Source: Eledone cirrhosa
Lineage: Eukaryota
DNA length: 64,000 nucleotides
Assembly: GCA_964016885.1 (NCBI GenBank)
Contig: OZ024740.1
Location: forward strand, 405,790,001-405,854,000
Direction of reading: 5' to 3'
Shown here one piece after another: positions 1 through 12,000 of the stretch. The position numbers and the translations under genes were made by a program. The notes below the pieces were generated by a model. It worked only from the letters and a program-made list of their open reading frames with translations, ran no database searches and was not told the origin of the DNA. Positions within the stretch are counted from its first letter, which is position 1. Every line of letters begins with the position of its first letter.

Positions 1-226
1 CACACACTCAATGACATTCTAACAAGGTGCATTGGATATCCCTCACAACATAGCATTAGTAAACTCAGCATAAGAGGAATTGGTTGGAGTGTGCCAGATA
101 GAAGACTGCTGGTATGGACATGTGATATGTATGGAGGATAGCAGCTGCATAAAGAAAGCAAAGAAATCCCAGTAGCTGCAACCTGTGGAAAAGGTAGGCC
201 CAGGAAACCTTGGAATGAGGTAGTGA
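1..226 (+). mobile_element. Degraded RTE-type LINE fragment, host site of the LTR element (continues at 5433)
   Basis: Decayed WYGHV and GRPRK.WNEVV motifs. Joined to 5433 it reads [21 protein letters not shown]. Confidence 0.8.
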
Positions 227-609
227 ACAGAATTAAATGTATTTTCCTTCGGCAGAAGAATAGTGTCACAGAGGTGAATTGGCTGAAGTGTGAGCCAATC
301 AAAGCCCTCAGCGAGACAAGTTGCTGGACTACTTGGACCAGAGACAGAGTTGGCTGACAGGCAGAGAGACACAGAGAGTTCACTGAACGACAAGCATTAA
401 GACGTTCGACATTTGATATGCCACATTCTTTTCACATCTCCACAGCCAACACGATGTGAAGACTTGCTCAACCTTCTCTTGTTATTTTCGATTCCATATT
501 TGTACAACAAATAAAAGGGAATTTTTGTTATAATGGATTATGTCGTTTTTGTCATTGCCTTCTGAATTGATAAATATAATATCTCCAGCGACACTTAATC
601 AACGTTATA
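220..609 (+). repeat. 5' LTR (~390 bp)
   Basis: Recurs at 5276-5432 (internally deleted) and at 5839-5933(-) plus 7100-7397(+). Confidence 0.93.
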
Positions 610-612
610 AAA

Positions 613-630
613 TGGTGACCCCGACGTGAT
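613..630 (+). promoter_or_regulatory. Primer binding site, tRNA-Trp
   Basis: TGGTGACCCCGACGTGAT, the 18-nt complement of the tRNA-Trp 3' end, 3 nt after the LTR. Confidence 0.93.
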
Positions 631-1156
631 CAACATGCCACTTACCACTCTACATAATAAATGGTGATATGGATTTACTTTATACAAAAAAATTTGGACA
701 CGATAACAAGAAAATTATGGACAACAACATTTTTTCTCTCTCTGATGGACACTTATCATAGCAGCAGCTCGATCGAAATATATGATTTAAAAAAAAAAAA
801 GAATCAAAATTCATGGCGCCAGCTTTCTTCTTCAAAATTCATGTTTCCCGCCCAAATTCTGATTGGGTGACGCCATTTTAAAAAAAAAAAAGATTTTTGC
901 CTTCATTTCCGGAGAGCTCATAATGGCCGACTTCCGTCTTCTTCGTTCGTTTTCCCGCCAAATTGACTTTAGAGCAATGGCATTTTGAAAAATATGAAAG
1001 AAAAGAAAATTTTTTTTTTATTCTTAACATTTGTCTCTTCAACAACGACAGAAAATACCATTGTTTTTATTTTACATTTTTCTCTTCCCTTGGATTCCTT
1101 TTGGCCTGCATTTTCCCTGTTGTTCTCTATTGCTTACTGCCATACCTTAATTCACG

Positions 1157-1954
1157 ATGGCTAGTATTTCATTGCCAGTGTTTGCAGGCGACGTCCGTGT
1201 CTGGTTCGCCCAGATTGAATCGCATTTTGCTGCGAATGGCATAACGTCCGAAGACAGACAACTACATATTCTTTTGAGTGCTATCCCGGCGTCTTTAACG
1301 ACACTGCTTAAGGATCTGATTACTGATCTGGCCCATGGAGCTACCTATGAAAGCGTTAAGTGCGAGGTGCTGCAGCGTACCACGTTGTCCGCAGAGAAGA
1401 GGTTTCAAACCCTAGTAAATGACGAGCATTTGGGTGATCGGACGCCGAGCCAGTTCCTACGTCGAATGAAAGAACTGGCGGAGGACGCTCCAGCTGATAG
1501 CGCCCTCCTGAGATAGCTTTTCTTTTCGAGGCTGCCGCCCAATGTCCAGTCGATATTGGCGCCTATGATGGAGACTAGTTCAGTCGAGCAACTGGCGTCT
1601 TCGGTGGACAAAATTATGAGTTTCACAGGAAAGCTTGCCTCCTTCGCTACATCTCGGCCGCCGGTTGAGGTCTCTTCGTTCTCTCCAGCGGCTGCCATTC
1701 ACACCGATCAGTCGCTCACGTCTACGGCAATTCTTCAAGCCATAGCACAACTCACGAAAGAGGTGAGAAAATTGAGTTTCTCCAGGGCTCAATCGCCCAG
1801 ACGTTGTCTACAGAGCCATTTGCCCTCGCCACACCGCCGCCACACAAACAAACCAGGACTGTGCTACTATCACAGCCGTTTTGGCGTGGCGGCACGTTGT
1901 TGTAGACAGCCCTGTTCCTTTTCCAACCAGGGAAACGAATTTCAGGAGACCTGA
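1157..1954 (+). pseudogene. gag: gag, interrupted by in-frame TAG at 1514-1516
   Basis: WFAQIESHF and LGDRTPSQFLRRM, then same-frame CYYHSRFGVAARCCRQPC. Confidence 0.92.
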
Positions 1955-1971
1955 GCACAGCACAGTCTCCT
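1930..1971 (+). promoter_or_regulatory. Candidate -1 ribosomal frameshift signal (gag-pol)
   Basis: G GGA AAC in the gag frame, 7-nt spacer, then stem AGGAGAC/GTCTCCT. The -1 frame reads into the protease (FFITH...CLVDT). Confidence 0.8.
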
Positions 1972-4900
1972 CTGACACTCCCAAATAATCGTGCGTTCTT
2001 CATAACTCACACGTTTTCCCAAGCTCGATGTCTGGTGGATACAGCACTGCTTGCAGCATATGGCTGCTAAAACTTCTCAAAGAGAAGCCGCCAGTTTCAT
2101 CTATTTCTCTGCAAGCTGTAAATCATTCTCCTATCTCCACGTATGGTCAAATTTCTCATTCTTTGAACCTGGAATTGCGAAGAGACTTCACGTGGATGTT
2201 CAAGGTTGCTGATTTGCCTTACCCTATTCTAGGCTCGGATTTCCTGCACCACTATAACCTGTTAGTGGATATGTGCAGACACCGGCTGTTGGATGCTAAT
2301 ACGGAACTCTCCGTTCTGGGTTTGAGATCTACTGTCTCATCTATCAGCCCGGTATTCTTTATCGCCGCTTCCGAGGACTCTTTCCAGTTGCTTATAAATT
2401 CCTTCCTGGAATTGACCAATTTGAATTTTGTGGTGAGCAAGCCTACTCCCTCCACAAAACATTATATCGAAACTTCTGGCGCTCCTGTATTTTCACGCCC
2501 TCGCCGCCTCCCTGCGGAGAAATTGAAAGCAGCGAAGGCTGAATTTAACCACATGCTTCAGCTGAGGATCATACGCCCTTCCTCCAGTCCGTGGTACCAA
2601 AGCGTTCTGGCGATTGGCGTCCGACTGGGGACTTTCGCCGATTAAACGCGATGACGGTACTCGATCCCACACATTCAGGTTTTGCTTCTTCTTTACATGG
2701 ATGCACAATTTTTTCTAAATTGGATTTAGTCAGAGCGTATCATCAGATGCCACTTAATCCAGCGGATATTCCGAAGACTGCTATCACTACACCCTTTGGT
2801 GCTTTTGAGTTCCTAACAATGCCCTTTGGTCTACGCAACGCCGCTAGTACCTTTCAACGCTTCATGGACGAAATCACCAGAGACCTGGATTTTGTTTACT
2901 GCTATATAGACGACGTACTCGTTGCTAGCACATCTCCAGAGGAACATGTTAAACACCTTCGTTTGTTATTTCAACGGTTTAAGAAGTACCAAGTTCGCAT
3001 TAACCTCGCGAAGTGTATATTTGGTGCATCTTCACTAGTTTTTCTAGGACACATCATTAGTCCTACAGGCATATCACCTCCACCGGATAAAGTGAAAGCT
3101 CTTCAAGAATTACCTCCTCCTACATCATTACGTCAATTACGTCAGTTCTTGGGACTGCTAAATTATTACCGTCGTTTTATTCCACATTGTGCTGAGCGCA
3201 TAGCACCTCTTTCTGAACTGTTGCGGAATCGAAAAAAGAAAAACAAATCTATTTCTTTAGACCCTGCTCAACTCGAAGCTTATTCCAGAGTGAAACAGGA
3301 ATTAGCTGATGTTACCCTGCTTGCACATCCTGTGCCTGATGCCCAGTTTTTACTGGTCGTTGATGCATCAGGCACAGCAGTAGGTGCAGTTTTGCAACAG
3401 TACCACAACCAGAAGATTGCATATTTCTCAAAACAGCTTAAACCTGCTGAAACCCGATACAGTACTTTCGGCAGAGAACTGTTAGCGATGTATTTGGCAA
3501 TCAAACACTTCCAGCATTCGTTGGAAGGACGCCAGTTTACGATCATCACAGACTATCGTCCTTTTACATTTGCTCTCAAAGCGAAACCCGAAAGATACTC
3601 GCCACGTGAAACTCGACATTTAGATTATGTATCACAATTCACTAGTGATATACGCTATATTCCTGGATCACAGAATTTAGCGGCAGATGCATTATCTCGT
3701 TTACCTGTTAACTCACTATCGACAAAAACGGATATTGATCTACGTTTGCTCGCTGCTGACCAGCCTGCTTTGGACGAATTGGATTTATCTGCAACCGAAT
3801 TCGCGACGTGCAAATTCAAACAATTACCTGTACACAATTCTGACACAAGCATCCTGTGTGACATATCGACTGATTCACCTCGACCCTTCGTTCCGGAATT
3901 TCATCGGCGAACAGTTTTCGACATGTTACACAACCTCTCACACCCTGGAATCCATTCATCAGCGAAACTCATTACGGCCAGATTCTTTTGGCCAAATATG
4001 AGACGAGATATCACTGCATGGTCTCGTTCCTGCATACCTTGCCAGAAGTCTAAGGTGCACAAACACATTCGAGCACCTCTGGGCACATTCAACACTCCTG
4101 ATGCCCGCTTTGACCATATTCATATCGACCTAGTTGGACCTTGGCCGGTCAGTCATGGATATACATACCTTCTTACGTGTATCGACCGTTTTACACGTTG
4201 GCCTGAAGCCATTCCTCTCGAAGAGATTTCAGCAGAATCGGTAGCACGAGCTCTGACGTCTGGCTGGATTTTGCGATACGGTGTCCCTTCCATGATCACC
4301 ACTGACTGTGGCGGACAATTTGAATCACAGCTCTTCCATGAACTTTCTAAAATCTTAGGGATTCGTCGGATTAGAACTACTAGTTACCATCCGGCGTCCA
4401 ATGGCATGATAGAACACTTTCATTGCCAATTAAAAGCAGCATTGCGTGCTTATCCCGACCAGTAAAAATGGAGTGAATATCTACCAATTGTTCTTCTTGG
4501 CTGTCGCGCGGCGGTCAGGGAGGATCTCGGATATTCCCCAGCGGAATTGCTGTACGGAACACCTTTATCCTTGCCGGGACAGATGTTAGTCCCAGTCGAC
4601 GCATCACGGGAAGATCCTACGTTATATATTAACCGTTTGTGATCATATTTCAACGATCTTCCGCCTATGGGAACACGTCAACAGACGATTAAATCTTCAG
4701 TTCCTAAAAACATTACTTCTTGGACGTTTTTCTACGTAAAGACTCAGTGAAAGGACCACTTGTGCCACTCTATACTGGACCCTACCGTGTCCTGGCAAAA
4801 ACGGCCAAACTTTTTACCATAGACATTTGTGGTAGGAAACACACAGTTTCTGTAGATAGGATTAAACAGGCCTTTACAGACGCTCCACCAGTTGAACACC

Positions 4901-5064
4901 ATACACCCCCCACATACAATACATTGCATGTTGAACCTTCACAAGCATACTCACCCACAACATCACACACACCTTCATCACCTTCACCCACATGTGTTAC
5001 GACGACACGTAGTGGTCGTAGAGTACATTGGCCTCAGAGGTTGAGTAAAACAATCTATATATGA
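1936..5064 (+). pseudogene. pol: pol polyprotein (protease, RT, RNase H, integrase), disrupted
   Basis: LVDT(G) with 1-nt frameshift, [22 protein letters not shown] RNase H, HHCC, DD35E-type IN, GPY module. Stops at 4463 and ~4640; frameshifts near 2045, 2590 and 4725. Confidence 0.95.
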
Positions 5065-5275
5065 ACTGTGATATTGTTCAAACTTTTGACTCTTATGTAA
5101 ACAATGACTTTTGCTTGTTCAATTATGTTATGTTTCATTTTTCTTGGTTGTATTCATGCATGTATCTTTTCTCGGTGTACCCGATGATTTTTTATTGTTT
5201 GATGTCATGTAGACATATTGCATATTTAGCACTACTCATGTATTGATATCGATCTTTGATCTAAACTGAGGGTAC

Positions 5276-5432
5276 TGTAGTGAACAGAATTAAATGTATT
5301 TACCTTCGGCGGAAGAATAGTGTCACAGAGGTGAATTGGCTGAATTTTTGTTATAATGGATTATATCGTTTTTATCATTGCCTTCTGAATCGATAAATAT
5401 AATATCTCCAGTGACACTTAATCAACATTATA
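5276..5432 (+). repeat. 3' LTR with ~235-bp internal deletion
   Basis: TGTAGTGAAC...GGCTGAA joined directly to TTTTTGTTATA via GAA microhomology; weak purine tract just upstream. Confidence 0.92.
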
Positions 5433-5838
5433 AGGGCAACCATAAGAAACTAAGCCTCACAACTGAGATGACAAAGGATCAAGATTGGTGCTATCCTGTG
5501 ATGACGAAGAACCAGCTACAAGCATACAATATCACCTGACCCATCCATGTGCCCCCCCCCCCTCCCTTCCACTAGCACGCCCCAGCAGTTACCCTCACCA
5601 CCACTGCACTCACCACACATGCCCCCTACAGATCCACTCATTAGCTAGTCCCCTAAAGTACTTAGATACCCTCAGTGTTGCACCCTAGTAGCTGCTGTCT
5701 CTAGTTCTTCTACCAACCCTTACCTATCTCTCCATCACCCCCTTGCACTTTAACGATTGCACCCCCACACCACTACATCCCCTCTCCCCATACACTATCA
5801 GCCACCCCTTCCCCTTACTCAACGTCCTGCTGAATCAC

Positions 5839-7086
5839 CGCTGAGCGCTTTGATTGGCTCACACTTCAGCCAATTCACCTCTGTGACACTATTCTTCCGC
5901 CGAAGGAAAATACATTTAATTCTGTTCACTACAGTACCCTCAGTTTAGATCAAAGATCGATATCAATACATGAGTAGTGCTAAATATGCAATATGTCTAC
6001 ATGACATCAAACAATAAAAAATCATCGGGTACACCGAGAAAAGATACATGCATGAATACAACCAAGAAAAATGAAACATAACATAATTGAACAAGCAAAA
6101 GTCATTGTTTACATAAGAGTCAAAAGTTTGAACAATATCACAGTTCATATATAGATTGTTTTACTCAACCTCTGAGGCCAATGTACTCTACGACCACTAG
6201 GTGTCGTCGTAACACATGTGGGTGAAGGTGATGAAGGTGTGTGTGATGTTGTGGGTGAGTATGCTTGTGAAGGTTCAACATGCAATGTATTGTATGTGGG
6301 AGGGGGGGAGGGGGTTCAACTGGTGGAACGTCTGTAAAGGCTTGTTTAATCCTATCTACAGAAACTGTGTTTCCTACCACAAATGTCTATGGTAAAAAGT
6401 TTGGCCGTTTTTGCCAGGACACGGTAGGGTCCAGTATAGAGTGGCACAAGTGGTCCTTTCACTGAGTCTTTACGTAGAAAAATGTGAGTCCAAGAAGTAA
6501 TGTTTTTAGGAACTGAAGATTTAATCGTCTGTTGACGTGTTCCCATAGGCGGAAGATCGTTGAAATATGATCACAAACGGTTAATATATAACGTAGGATC
6601 TTCCCGTGATGCGTCGACTGGGACTAACATCTGTCCCGGCAAGGATAAAGGTGTTCCGTACAGCAATTCCGCTGGGGAATATCCGAGATCCTCCCTGACC
6701 GCCGCGCGACAGCCAAGAAGAACAATTGGTAGATATTCACTCCATTTTTACTGGTCGGGATAAGCACGCAATGCTGCTTTTAATTGGCAATGAAAGTGTT
6801 CTATCATACCATTGGACGCCGGATGGTAACTAGTAGTTCTAATCCGACGAATCCCTAAGATTTTAGAAAGTTCATGGAAGAGCTGTGATTCAAATTGTCC
6901 GCCACAGTCAGTGGTGATCATGGAAGGGACACCGTATCGCGAAATCCAGCCAGACGTCAGAGCTCGTGCTACCGATTCTGCTGAAATCTCTTCGAGAGGA
7001 ATGGCTTCTGGCCAACGTGTAAAGCGGTCGATACACATAAGAAGGTATGTATATCCATGACTGACCGGCCAAGGTCCAACTAGGTC
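5839..7086 (-). mobile_element. Inverted duplicate of the element's 3' end (integrase, 3' UTR, first ~95 bp of LTR)
   Basis: Reverse complement of 4127-5344 plus extra LTR sequence. The ORF track shows mirrored ORFs (5061/5963, 4450/6560). Confidence 0.96.
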
Positions 7087-7099
7087 AAGACAAGCGGAT

Positions 7100-7801
7100 C
7101 GAGACAAGTTGCTGGACTACTTGGACCAGAGACAGAGTTGGCTGACAGGCAGAGAGACACAGAGAGTTCACTGAACGACAAGCATTAAGACGTCCGACAT
7201 TTGATATGCCACATTCTTTTCACATCTCCACAGCCAACACGATGTGAAGACTTGCTCAACCTTCTCTTGTTATTTTCGATTCCATATTTGTACAACAAAT
7301 AAAAGGGAATTTTTGTTATAACGGATTATGTCGTTTTTGTCATTGCCTTCTGAATCGATAAATATAATATCTCCAGCGATACTTAATCAACGTTATAAGG
7401 GCAACCATAAGAAACTAAGCCTCACAACTGAGATGACAAAGGATCAAGATTGGTGCTATCCTGTGATGACGAAGAACCAGCTACAAGCATACAATATCAC
7501 CTGACCCATCCATGTGTCCCCCCTCCCTTCCACTAGCACGCCTCAGCAGTTACCCTCACCACCACTGCACCCACCACACATGCCCCCTACAGACCCACTC
7601 ATTAGCTAGTCCCCTAAAGTACTTAGATACCCTCAGTGTTGCACCCTAGTAGCTACTGTCTCTAGTTCTTCTACCAACCCTTACTTATCTCTCCATCACC
7701 CCCTTGCACTTTAACGATTGCACCCCCACACCACTACATCCCCTCTCCCCATACACTATTAGCCACCCCTTTCCCTTACTCAATGTCCTGCTGAATCACC
7801 G
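7100..7801 (+). repeat. Remainder of a full-length LTR (7100-7397) plus direct duplicate of flank 5433-5840 (7398-7801)
   Basis: Matches 312-609 and 5433-5840 with few substitutions. Confidence 0.95.
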
Positions 7802-8896
7802 CATACACCTTTAACTTCATACTTATTTCCCTCCCTAGAGCAGTAAGAGTTCTTCAGTGATGGTGTCATGAAAATGCACCCGGTGCACCCCATAAGGGTG
7901 GTTGGTGACTGGAATGGCACTCCATTGTAGAAACCATGCCTAAAAGGGTATGAGAGGACTTTACAGTGTGGGCTAGGCGCATTATGCGGTGTCGCCATCA
8001 CGACCACTTTACAGTGTGGGCTGGCGGCTTCACTGGATATATGTATGGAAGTAGGTAGGGTGGGGTGGTGCATATTATACATATGCTTCATCTTTGGCCT
8101 GTGCCCATATGCAAAGTCAGGTCTTCTGTATTACTGCATAACGTCAGAGATCTCAATCCTGTGTCATCACGTTTGAGAGGTGCAATTGGTCATGGTCAGC
8201 TTTTATCACCTCATCCCATGTCTTCCTGGGTCTCTAAAAGCACCCAGCACACACTGTAAATGTGGTTGGCATTAGGAAGGACATCCAATCGTAGAAATCT
8301 AGCCAATTTGTTTCAGAGAAAGTGAGAGAGATAGAAGAACCAGTCCCAATACCTGACTGGTATTTTATTTATCAACCTCAAATGGATGAAAGGCAAAGTT
8401 GACCTTTGTGGGATTTGAACTCAGAGCATACTGAACCAGAGCAAATACCAAGGCATTTAAAATCTAATGCTCTCAGAACTCTGCTGATTCATTGCTTTCA
8501 TTTTTTACCATTCACAAAAAAAAAAAAAAATCTTCCTATCTACAGGAAAAAAAAACCTTAACTGAAATATGTCTGTTTCAAATTTCTTGTCCTTATTTTG
8601 ATGCTAGACTGGTAAGGTGACCACGTCTTGCTCACACATTCTGTTTTTGACTTTACCGTTTCAATTTACCTTAGTACAAAATCATTGAGTTTAAAAGATG
8701 AACTGTAGCTGTATGTATATGAAGACACAAAAGTGTTTTATTGCGACACTACTACAAATAACAATAATAATTGCCACATTAAACTTTCTCTTTATTTACT
8801 TTTATTTATATGCTTAAAAATTGCTAATGTTTGTATGCAAATGTATTCAAATTGTATGAAATTAATGTCTAATGGATTGCTGAATTTATATTTTAG

Positions 8897-9043
8897 CACA
8901 TAGGATCCAGCCACAACTACCGTAACAGTCAGATGGCTCTCCAAGCTATTCGAGATGCTGGTTATGAAATATCACTTGGCCGAATGCCTAAATCAATTGG
9001 TCCTCTTACTTTTATTTTCACGGGTTCTGGAAATGTGTCTCAG
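8897..9043 (+). CDS. AASS: AASS exon (LKR): [12 protein letters not shown]...FTGSGNVSQ
   Basis: ttttag|CAC ... CAG|gtatgt, 147 nt. Confidence 0.95.
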
Positions 9044-12000
9044 GTATGTTACTTTTATCATTATTATCATTATTATTTTTTTTATTGATGACAATATAAG
9101 CTTTATTTATTTCCTCTCACTGTACTTGTTATAAGTGTATCATATTTCCTCTCACTGTACTTGTTATAAGTGTATCATATGACATCTTTCTTATCACTGA
9201 TATCTCTCATATTTTTGATGTTTTCTTTTATCTCTGTGTTGCTTGAAGTGTAAACAATCTATAACTATAGATTACAATATATACAATATAATGTTGGCAC
9301 ATGGCTTAGTGGTTAGAGCATTGGCCTTGCAATCGAAAGGTTGTGAGTTCAATTCTCATACCGGGTGATGTGTTGTTTCCTTGAGCAAGACACTTTATTT
9401 CACATTGCTCCAGTTTACTCAGCTGTAGAAATGAGATGATAGGGACTGGGTTCCCTATCATTCCACTGCAAAGTGGACGTGGAGGCGCCACGGCAAAAAA
9501 GCACCCAGCACTCACTGTAAAATGAGGTTGGTGTTAGGAAGGGCATCCAGCTGCAGAAATCAAGCCAGAATCAGTTCCCGTCCCACCCTTGCAAGCAGGG
9601 AAAAGTGGACGTAAAATGAAATGATGATGATGATGATGAATGCTAATGTGGTGTGGTAAATAAATATATACATATGAACCCTTTTGATACCAACCTGCCC
9701 CAAACCACTCATTTGAAAGGATTTCTATTTAAATTAAAATCTAACATAATTTTATATAAGAACCATGTGAAAAATTACTATTTATCATGTAATGAAATAG
9801 TGGAGGTGTGTGGCTTAGTGTTAATGGTGTTGGACTTACAATCATAATGTTATGGGTTTGGTTCCTGGACAGGGTTGTGTGTTGTCTTCTTGAGCAAAAC
9901 ACTTCATTTCACGTTGCTCCAGTATACTCAGCTGAAAAAAAAATGAGTACCAACAACAGCTGTTGCTGAGGGTTTAACCCTGTGATGGACTGGTGTCCTG
10001 TCCAGTGGAGGAAGTCTTGTAGTGTCAGTTGTTACGGAAACTGGGATAAGCACCGGCCCGATGAGTCTCCAGCTTCAAGACAGACTTTAGACTCAATGAA
10101 ATACTTTGTAATATGAGTAAATCCTTTAATTAGTTGATACCATGTTAAGAACCATATGTTAAATTACAAGTTTAATACTGAAATAATTTATAATTTTAGT
10201 AAATCCCTCATTAATTGAAATAGAGTGTATTCATTTAGAAATATGGTCACAAAAGGGTTAAGGAAAGTAGACATTACTATTGGATATTATTATTGTTATT
10301 ATTTTTAATAGATTGCACGTGTATTGTATTGGAGCTGCTCTACAAAATAGGGCTTGTGTTGAGATAAACCATTACCATATACACTCATATATAAGTTGAC
10401 CCCTTCCTCATGTTCCAGAACAAATCAATGATAATAGAGCATTTGTATGAATACAAATTGGTTAGAACATTTAAGAAATGAAAATTAATTAGGGAACTAG
10501 CCACTCCCATGCTGGGAGTAAGAAAAATAAATCAAGACTGAATGCTAAAAATATTATGTAAAATGGCTTTCAAAATGTATTAAAACACTGTTTCATTGTA
10601 AAGCAATCACTCCAGATATTTTGGCACCTTTTTTATGTACGTGGTGTGTCAGAAAAGTTCCAGGACTGATGTCACAAAAGATTTATTTCAAACCCAAACT
10701 TCACACTAAGAGTTTTCTCCTTCAAAGTAATTCCCCTGGAGTATGTAAAGTGTATCTTAGCTCTCTGCAGCGATCAAACTTTTTTCTTCATAATTTTATA
10801 TTACATGTCCTCTGTTTCAGGTCGTCAAGCAATGAGCACAGAGCAATGAACAAACTTGAAAACTCCGTCAGAAGCACTGGGATTGCTGCAGCAAGTGTAT
10901 GGAGATGAGACGATGTCACGCTCACATGTTTTTGAGTCGTTTCAAGAGGTTTAAAGAAGGACGTGAGGACGTGGAAGATGACCCTAGGAGCGGAAGGCCC
11001 TCAACAGCCAGGACTGAGGTCAACGTTGAGCGCATAACGCAGATGGTTCAACTGTTGGCAAATGAGCTGGGCATGAATCGGAACAGCGTCTGGAAGATTC
11101 TCACTGAAGATTTGGACATGCGGAAAGTCTGCGCGAAGCTGGTGCCAAAACTGCTGAACGATGACCAGAAGGGTCGACGCATGCAAGTGTGCCAGGACAT
11201 CCTCGAGTGTCTTGAAACCGAACCAGACTTGCTAGGGACAGTCATCACCGGTGATGTGTCATGGATCTTCGAGTACGACTCGGAGGGGACCCGTTTTGAA
11301 GACGTGGACGACATCAAAAAGGCTGTGACGACGGAACTGCAGAGGATCCCAGAAGAATCCTTCCAGGAGTGCATGCAAGCATGGCAGAAAAGGATGGAAA
11401 AGTGCATTAGACTCCAGGAGGATTACTTTGAAGGAGAAAACTCTTAGTGTGAAGTTTGGGTTTGAAATAAATCTTTTGTGACATCAGTCCTGGAACTTTT
11501 CTGACACACCTCGTAGATGTTGAAGTTTGAATTTAGTGAAAATTGACAAAATTTTGCTATCAAATATAATTCTACTCGCCATTTTTATATCAAATATAAC
11601 TTTACTCACCATTTTGATATCAAATATAACTACTCACCATTTTGATATCAAATATAACTCTACTCACCATTTTGATATCAAATATAATTCTACTCACCAT
11701 TTTATCATAAATTTCGTTTTTGTCACCTATTTCTCAGTTTACACAAGAGTATATACAGTTTATTGAATTTACATTTTTACAAGAAAAATAATTCAAACCA
11801 TCAGATGATGTACTCATAAAACTAAATAACTTCATGATGTTGGTATGTCCAGTTACTGAGTTTGTTTAACCCTTTAGCATTTTAATGGTAAAGGCTTTAT
11901 CTCACATAATATGGAATCTACGAAATTTTGATGATGTTATTTATTTTGAGAACAATACCTTAATGTCAGTGAGTGGCTGGTTATGGCCGGTTTGATCAGA

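Larger units (their letters stand above)
220..5432 (+). mobile_element. Ty3/Gypsy LTR retrotransposon, CsRn1-like clade, decayed
   Basis: LTR, PBS, gag, pol (PR, RT, RH, IN), LTR order; tRNA-Trp PBS; Gag C-X2-H-X9-C-X3-C motif. Confidence 0.95.

Noticed and set aside
1514-1516. In-frame TAG in gag as programmed readthrough
   Set aside because: It lies mid-capsid and is best explained as CAG to TAG decay, like the other nonsense and frameshift lesions in this copy.
9296-9370. tRNA gene
   Set aside because: A and B boxes are present, but there is no proper cloverleaf and it runs into a repeated SINE body.
11800-11862. Possible intronic C/D snoRNA (TGATGT...CTGA)
   Set aside because: Degenerate C box, no convincing terminal stem, and no recognisable rRNA guide.
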